DNA from: Candidatus Nomurabacteria bacterium
GTDB lineage: Bacteria > Patescibacteriota > WWE3 > UBA101185 > UBA10185
Assembly (NCBI GenBank): GCA_020631855.1
Contig: JACKGU010000001.1
Location: 1 to 37,600, forward strand
Reading direction: 5' to 3'
DNA: 37,600 nt
A program made the translations under genes and the position numbers. A model generated the notes under the pieces. That model saw nothing but the letters and a program-made list of their open reading frames with translations, made no database searches and was not told the DNA's origin. Below are positions 32,823 to 37,600 of the stretch, piece after piece (within the stretch, counting starts at the first letter, position 1; each line of letters begins with the position of its first letter).

Positions 32823-35800
32823 TTGATTGTGCCCAAGTCATTTAAAAACTATAAACGAATAATAACCACCTCAGCTTTTTTTGGCTGTTGTGTTTTTTCT
32901 TTCTTGCTATTTAAGAAGGAAATTCCTAATTCTAGCGCATCTCTGGCCTGTCCTTTAGCTGACAGCGATGACGGAAATGTGGACGGCACTATAACCATTT
33001 CAGGATCGGAGACTTTCTCTGCAGTAGCAGGAGATGGCACTATTGATTGTAGTGGTCTGGCCGTTGTAGTTGAAAATGGCGGGTCTTTAGCGTTGGAGCC
33101 CTACGAAGACGGTGATACAGACTACGAAGACGACGACATCGGAGTTACATTGATGGCCGACAGCTTAACAGTTGAAGCCGGGGGCAGAGTACATTCTGAT
33201 GGTTTGGGTTATGCAGGCGGGGTTTTTGTTTCATATGAGTCCGGCTATGGGCCCGGCGGGGGTTACGGGAACTCTGGTAAAGGCAGCAGTGGTGGCGGAG
33301 GAGCTTATGGCGGCGACGGAGGAGATTCCTCTGGTCTTTATACTCGCCCCGGCGGAAATCAATATGGAAAGCCCGCCGACCCCCTATTGTTAGGTAGTGG
33401 CGGCGGTGTTGGAAGGTCCGGAGGCAACGTGCCTTCAGGAGGGGCGGGCGGAGGAGCTTTTTCCATTGTTCTGTCGGGAGATTTGGTGTTGGAGGGAGAG
33501 ATTTCCGCTGATGGACTTGCCGGTACCCAGACGTCCGATACATTATATGGCTCTGGAGGAGGTTCCGGAGGATCGATCTGGCTTTCTATTGGGGGCCAAC
33601 TTTCAGGCGGAGGAGATATTTCTGCTAACGGTGGTAGCGGGGGCAAAGCGAACGCTGGTAACGGCGGTGGCGGGAGAGTCTTGGTTGAATACGGAACCTC
33701 AGCCTATACAGGCGTTTATGAGGCTTCCCCCGGATTAGTCGGAACTACTGGTGAAAATGGCTCGGTTGTAGTTGTGGACAGCACGTCGGCAACCATGTAC
33801 ATTAGAGATACTCAAAGATGGATTCCTGATTCCGTTAATTCTTTTGAAAACTGGTTTCCTGAAGTTCAAAACATAGAGATATCTGATAATTCTTCTTTAA
33901 AATTGCAAATTAGTAATACTGCCGCAGATTCAGGAAGCTATGGTTGGGAGTTCGACATCCAAAATCTTATAGTTGCAGCAGGTAGTAGTATTTCTGGAGA
34001 AGGGCTAGGTTATCAGGGCGGTATTTTTACAACACATGAAAATGGTTATGGTCCTGGAGGAGGGCAGGGCATTTCAGGCAGCACAAGCTATGGTGCAGGG
34101 GGCGGTCACGGCGGAGCGGGCTCGAGTTCTTCGAGCAGGGTTGGCGGCTCGGCTTATGGAGACAACCAGGAGCCCGTTACTCCGGGAAGTGGCGGCGGAG
34201 TGGGGCGTTATTCAAGTAGCGTGCCTTCAGGAGGCCCCGGGGGCGGCGCTGTAAAGATTACTACTCGCGAGGATGCTACTATTGATGGAGACATAAACTT
34301 CGACGGCGTTATGGGTGAGCTGACTATTATAGTAGGCCGTGCTTCAGGAAGCGGAGCCGGGGGCTCCGTCTGGTTGAATGTGTACGGAACTTTGTCAGGA
34401 TCCGGGAACATCACTGCTCGCGGTGCTGATGCAGTAGACGCAGGTGCAGGGGGCGGAGGTGGCGGCAGAATAGCGATTTATGTTGCTCACGATGATTTTT
34501 CTTCAGGTACTTACGCTTATGGGGGCGGGGTGGTTAGCTATGCTGTGCCCGGAGCCGGAACCTTTTATCAATATGGCCTTCCTTATTTCTCAGGCGTTGC
34601 TCAATATTACGCTGACGGCGTAACTCCAATTGCTACCGCCGCATCATTAAATGAAACTTCGGTCGTTCTTGAAGTTAGCATGAATCATGGTAGTGCTTCA
34701 GAAACATTGACGCCTGAGGTTGAAATTCGTGAAGTTGGTGATGACTTTACTAATACCGCTACCCATACGGGAGACCCTTTTGTTTATGCTGACTCAGTAG
34801 TTGGCGGGCAAGTGGCCGTCACAGGTTTATCAGATTTAGCCTCCTATCATTGGCAGGTACGTTTTTGCGATTCTAACTCAAATTGCACATCATGGCAAAG
34901 TTATGGCGCAAACTTGGAATCAGAAGCGGACTTTACAGTAATATTAAATGCGGAACCAAACATTCCCTCTAATCTAGGCCCTGCCTCTTATGTAGACGGC
35001 AGTTATGGTACAGATTCAACTCCGGCGTTAAGTTTCACGTTGTCCGATCCGGACGTTGTTGATGACCTGCAGTATCAGATTCAAATAGATGATACATCCG
35101 ATTTCAGCTCTGTTCTCGTAGATTATACTTCTGAAGCTCTTTCACAAGGTCCGCAATCTTTTGTTGTGGGCCAGGCCGAGGGAGGGGGCAGTTATACTAT
35201 CGGAAGCTCAGGACAAACTCTCGTTGACGCCGCATATTATTGGAGAGTTAGGGCAATTGACCCAAGCTTAGAGATTTCTCCCTATGCCACGGCCAATTCG
35301 GGAGATATTGCGTACATAATAGACTCGACAGGCCCCGAAATTGTTGGTGCTGTGACCGGAGATGTGTCGAAGAGCCATATAGTGATGTCGTGGACTACTG
35401 ATGAGCTTAGCACCGCTAAAGTGTGGTGGGGCAAAGCAAGCGGAGGCTATACAAATAGTACAATAATTTCAACACTAAGCTTAAACCACCAAGCCGACTT
35501 ATCTAATTTATCTACCGATACAAAATATAATATTATGATTGTGAACTACGATGCTCAAAATAACGCAGGTACTGAGTATTTAACCTCATACACCACTAAT
35601 GAGAGTACGTCTCAAGATAAAGACGATAAGGATAGAAACAACAATGACTCGGAGAATACAGTTTCATCTAATATTTCTGACGACACAGACGTAACTTTTA
35701 CTCGAATTCAATCGTTTGATTACGAAAATAGCTTTAAGAGCGATCCAAATGAATCTGATGATCAGGGCGGCGATAAGGCGTTGGACGAGAGCATGCAGAT

Positions 35801-36161
35801 AGTTGTTGATGAGCCTCTGTATGATCTGGTGGTATATGTAAAAGATAGAAAAGGTAATCTAGTGCCCGATGCCCTAGTTACAATAAAAGAGCTGAATATT
35901 AGTGTAAATGCAGACAATAACGGCAAGGCCGTGTTTCCAAATGTTCCTAAATCTGTCTATACAGTTAGTGCCAAAACTCCTTTAGGGGATGTTATGGGCA
36001 TTGTTGATCGCGCTTCTTTTGGAAGCGAGAGTGAAGTATATTTTGAATTAACTTCTGATAGGGGGTTTTTCTCAAATAGGGTTGTTCAGGCAGGGGCACT
36101 TACCGCACTATTTTTAGTGTTGGTCTTAATTCTTAAAACGGTTCTGACGAAGAAGATATAA
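32823..36161 (+). CDS. Giant Gly-rich (predicted beta-helix) surface protein with duplicated module, FN3-like domains, carboxypeptidase-regulatory-like domain and C-terminal TM
   Basis: 1112 aa with a TTG start (GTG at 32829 is an alternative). An N-terminal signal/anchor is present. Two ~265-aa Gly-rich modules share GLGY.GG.F...GYGPGGG, SGGGVGR, VPSGG.GGGA, GSG.GGS.WL and GGGGR. FN3-like segments follow. Next is YDLVVYVKDRKGNLVPDALVTIKE...VYTVSAKTP. The C-terminal TM is ALTALFLVLVLIL. Confidence 0.6.
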   Translation: MIVPKSFKNYKRIITTSAFFGCCVFSFLLFKKEIPNSSASLACPLADSDDGNVDGTITISGSETFSAVAGDGTIDCSGLAVVVENGGSLALEPYEDGDTDYEDDDIGVTLMADSLTVEAGGRVHSDGLGYAGGVFVSYESGYGPGGGYGNSGKGSSGGGGAYGGDGGDSSGLYTRPGGNQYGKPADPLLLGSGGGVGRSGGNVPSGGAGGGAFSIVLSGDLVLEGEISADGLAGTQTSDTLYGSGGGSGGSIWLSIGGQLSGGGDISANGGSGGKANAGNGGGGRVLVEYGTSAYTGVYEASPGLVGTTGENGSVVVVDSTSATMYIRDTQRWIPDSVNSFENWFPEVQNIEISDNSSLKLQISNTAADSGSYGWEFDIQNLIVAAGSSISGEGLGYQGGIFTTHENGYGPGGGQGISGSTSYGAGGGHGGAGSSSSSRVGGSAYGDNQEPVTPGSGGGVGRYSSSVPSGGPGGGAVKITTREDATIDGDINFDGVMGELTIIVGRASGSGAGGSVWLNVYGTLSGSGNITARGADAVDAGAGGGGGGRIAIYVAHDDFSSGTYAYGGGVVSYAVPGAGTFYQYGLPYFSGVAQYYADGVTPIATAASLNETSVVLEVSMNHGSASETLTPEVEIREVGDDFTNTATHTGDPFVYADSVVGGQVAVTGLSDLASYHWQVRFCDSNSNCTSWQSYGANLESEADFTVILNAEPNIPSNLGPASYVDGSYGTDSTPALSFTLSDPDVVDDLQYQIQIDDTSDFSSVLVDYTSEALSQGPQSFVVGQAEGGGSYTIGSSGQTLVDAAYYWRVRAIDPSLEISPYATANSGDIAYIIDSTGPEIVGAVTGDVSKSHIVMSWTTDELSTAKVWWGKASGGYTNSTIISTLSLNHQADLSNLSTDTKYNIMIVNYDAQNNAGTEYLTSYTTNESTSQDKDDKDRNNNDSENTVSSNISDDTDVTFTRIQSFDYENSFKSDPNESDDQGGDKALDESMQIVVDEPLYDLVVYVKDRKGNLVPDALVTIKELNISVNADNNGKAVFPNVPKSVYTVSAKTPLGDVMGIVDRASFGSESEVYFELTSDRGFFSNRVVQAGALTALFLVLVLILKTVLTKKI

Positions 36162-36209
36162 AATCTTCTCCGGGAGTTAAATTAAAAAGAAAATCTCTTT
36201 CCGCTTTTT

Positions 36210-36277
36210 ATAGTTTCGTTATTTAAAACTACCTACGTAAGTTAGTTGGTGTAGTTTACCCAATATGTTGGGCTTTT
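36210..36277 (+). repeat. Structured intergenic repeat, copy E (5' half; 3' half degenerate to about 36310)
   Basis: ATAGTTTCGTTATTTAAAACTACCTACGTAAGTTAGTTGGTGTAGTTTACCCAATATGTTGGGCTTTT. It lies 49 nt after the stop of the giant gene. Confidence 0.75.
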
Positions 36278-36420
36278 ACTGTTCTAAATTCGGCCCCAGG
36301 CCACGCCATGTATTTTGTTCAGGCAACGGTTGAGAATAGATACTCCCAGAAGGAGCTAGCTGTTGTCTCGAAACTGGATTGCTAATCAGAAAAAAAATTG
36401 CGCTTCCATCTTTCGGATGC

Positions 36421-36443
36421 ATTAAAAACTGGAAATTCCAGTT
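36421..36443 (-). terminator. Intrinsic terminator immediately 3' of tmRNA
   Basis: On the - strand, ...CCACCA is followed by AACTGGA-ATT-TCCAGTT and then TTTAAT. Confidence 0.5.
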
Positions 36444-36847
36444 TGGTGGAGATGGGGGGAATCGAACCCCCGTCTTGAAAGATCGAACTACCCAAGTTAT
36501 TACAAGCTTCGCCAAATTCTTTCAAAAAGGTACGGTTTTGGCATACCGCGTTTGTCCTTTTGTTAGTCTAACCTTTCGGCTTTACACTTTTGTGCTTGGT
36601 AAACATAACGACTGCTTAATATCTACCGCAACCCGGTTCTATTAGATTCAACTTACATTTCCGGGTAAATATAAGTGAACCTGTCTTAGTTTAAAACTTA
36701 GACTAATGCCATTGCAGGGGCGTAAGCTCCTACACCAGCATATGCAATTGAATTATCTTCTGCATTTATTTTTTGACGGTTTCATGCGATCCGCCAACGC
36801 AGCTTGCTTAAATAGCCTGACACTTCCAATCAAATCCTGGCATCCCC
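36444..36847 (-). ncRNA. ssrA: tmRNA (SsrA)
   Basis: The reverse complement starts GGGGAUGCCAGGAUUUGAUUGGAAG and ends GACGGGGGUUCGAUUCCCCCCAUCUCCACCA. It has a 7-bp acceptor stem with a G3:U pair. The A-rich CAAAAAAUAAAU precedes a GCA resume codon. The tag ORF runs 36763 down to 36698, and smpB lies directly upstream. Confidence 0.9.
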
Positions 36848-36942
36848 GTTAGATATGATTAGTGATTCCGCAGAATATTTCTGAAGCTACCAAAAGAACG
36901 GCTTTATTTAATAACGTTCTAGATAGTTTTTCTGGAATCACA

Positions 36943-37401
36943 TTAAGCGATAGTAGGTTGAAGTATGCCTTTTTTGTATCTCTCCAGCTCTTTTTTCATC
37001 TGTTTGTCTTTTTCAACAGATTTTTTTTCGTGTTTTTTCAAACCTCTTACTATTGCTATTTCCAATTTTACCATATTATTGCGTAATATAAAAGCCGTAG
37101 GTATAGCAGTTTTGCCCTTTTGACTGAGTTCTTTTTGTAATTTTAGCAGCTCTTTCTTATTGAGCAGTAATTTACGCGGCCTTGACGGATCAGTGTCTTT
37201 TTGACTCTGGTGTTGGTATCTGCCTATTGTGATTGACATAGCATAGGCTTCTCCATCTAATATGGTTATGTGCGAGCCCTCAAAATTTACTTGTTTGTCT
37301 CTCAAAGCTTTAACTTCGTAGCCCGTAAGTACTACTCCTGCAATAAAGTTTTCCAGCAGCTCGTAGTCCCTCATTCCTTTTTTATTTTTAGCTAGTTGCA
37401 T
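36943..37401 (-). CDS. smpB: SsrA-binding protein SmpB
   Basis: 152 aa. FIAGVVLTGYEVKALR, RPRKLLLNKKEL and a basic C-terminal tail are present. Confidence 0.92.
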   Translation of the reverse strand: MQLAKNKKGMRDYELLENFIAGVVLTGYEVKALRDKQVNFEGSHITILDGEAYAMSITIGRYQHQSQKDTDPSRPRKLLLNKKELLKLQKELSQKGKTAIPTAFILRNNMVKLEIAIVRGLKKHEKKSVEKDKQMKKELERYKKGILQPTIA

Positions 37402-37473
37402 GTGTATATAATAACATTGGCGTAAAGAACATTAGCCAAAATTATTTTCTGCATGAGCAGCAAGAGGAGCCGG

Positions 37474-37600
37474 TTATTCTATAGGTGAGGGAAGAGACCC
37501 CGGGCCTTCGATCTGTGTTTGTGGTATATAGCCTTCAAGAGTTTCGTTTAGGTTTACCTCGTAAATTTTAGTCTCATTCAGAACATAAAGCTTGGTGTCG
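37474..37600 (-). CDS. 3' end of an unidentified CDS entering from beyond the window
   Basis: The only open - frame from 37600 reads ...DTKLYVLNETKIYEVNLNETLEGYIPQTQIEGPGSLPSPIE, with TAA at 37474-37476. It is too short to assign. Confidence 0.25.
   Translation of the reverse strand, partial: DTKLYVLNETKIYEVNLNETLEGYIPQTQIEGPGSLPSPIE

Noticed and set aside
33145-34414. Six alternative-frame or antisense ORFs (68-132 aa) lie within the giant Gly-rich gene.
   Set aside because: They are artefacts of GGN-rich codon runs. Their products are Pro/Arg/Gly-rich nonsense, and the 1112-aa frame explains the region.
19202-36277. Whether the repeat family is a classical MITE or IS remnant.
   Set aside because: There are no terminal inverted repeats, no target-site duplications and no transposase fragment. 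The hairpin-ended, single-strand-type alternative is kept as a hypothesis in the findings.
36360-36395. CTGGATTGCTAATCAG resembles a tRNA anticodon arm.
   Set aside because: It has only a 4-bp stem with an 8-nt loop. No T-arm or acceptor stem is nearby.
36276-36645. ORFs 36276..36515 (-) and 36379..36645 (+).
   Set aside because: They overlap the tmRNA gene and its terminator. The tmRNA call rests on acceptor/T-arm identity and on the smpB neighbour.
1-37600. Whether the genome uses an alternative genetic code (UGA recoding, as in some candidate phyla).
   Set aside because: All conserved genes and two ORFs longer than 1100 codons are uninterrupted under the standard code, so no recoding is needed.

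Overview
Every call here is made by eye from motifs. No searches or folding programs were run.

**Context.** This is a chromosomal window of roughly 40% GC by eye. It uses the standard genetic code: two ORFs longer than 1100 codons have no in-frame stops. The window starts inside dnaN, so it probably lies just downstream of the replication origin. From gene content I infer a small-genome monoderm of the Patescibacteria/CPR type; this is inference, not a search result. The supporting content is TrbC/VirB2-type T4SS-pilin minigenes, an O-antigen-ligase/TPR fusion, a short AlaRS, giant surface proteins and monoderm-type T4SS parts.

**Main candidate system (0.76-12.6 kb, plus 16.4-17.6 kb).** This is a type IV secretion-like locus. 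No relaxase, coupling protein or integrase is visible anywhere in the window. It contains:
- a VirB4 ATPase;
- a stand-alone protein resembling a VirB4 N-terminal domain;
- a PrgI/VirB3-like protein fused to a long tail;
- a VirB6-like channel protein;
- a 1184-aa protein with a large cytoplasmic part and an exported LytM/M23-like end;
- an Ig-like anchor protein;
- three tandem pilin paralogues, plus a fourth pilin module fused to a Cys-rich exported domain.

**Middle of the window.**
- SPFH protein, HPS-like TIM barrel, coiled-coil SpoIID-like lytic enzyme, RNase HI and an NTase-fold protein.
- groES-groEL, and tRNA-Cys directly abutting alaS.
- Envelope genes: PEGA/SH3b protein, O-antigen-ligase-like/TPR protein, DPPR-synthase-like UbiA enzyme and ComF.

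**Right end.** An ABC exporter, a 1112-aa Gly-rich internally duplicated surface protein, and smpB-ssrA.

**Repeat family.** Seven co-oriented copies (five full, two partial) of a roughly 117-bp structured intergenic repeat are superimposed on the 19-36 kb region.
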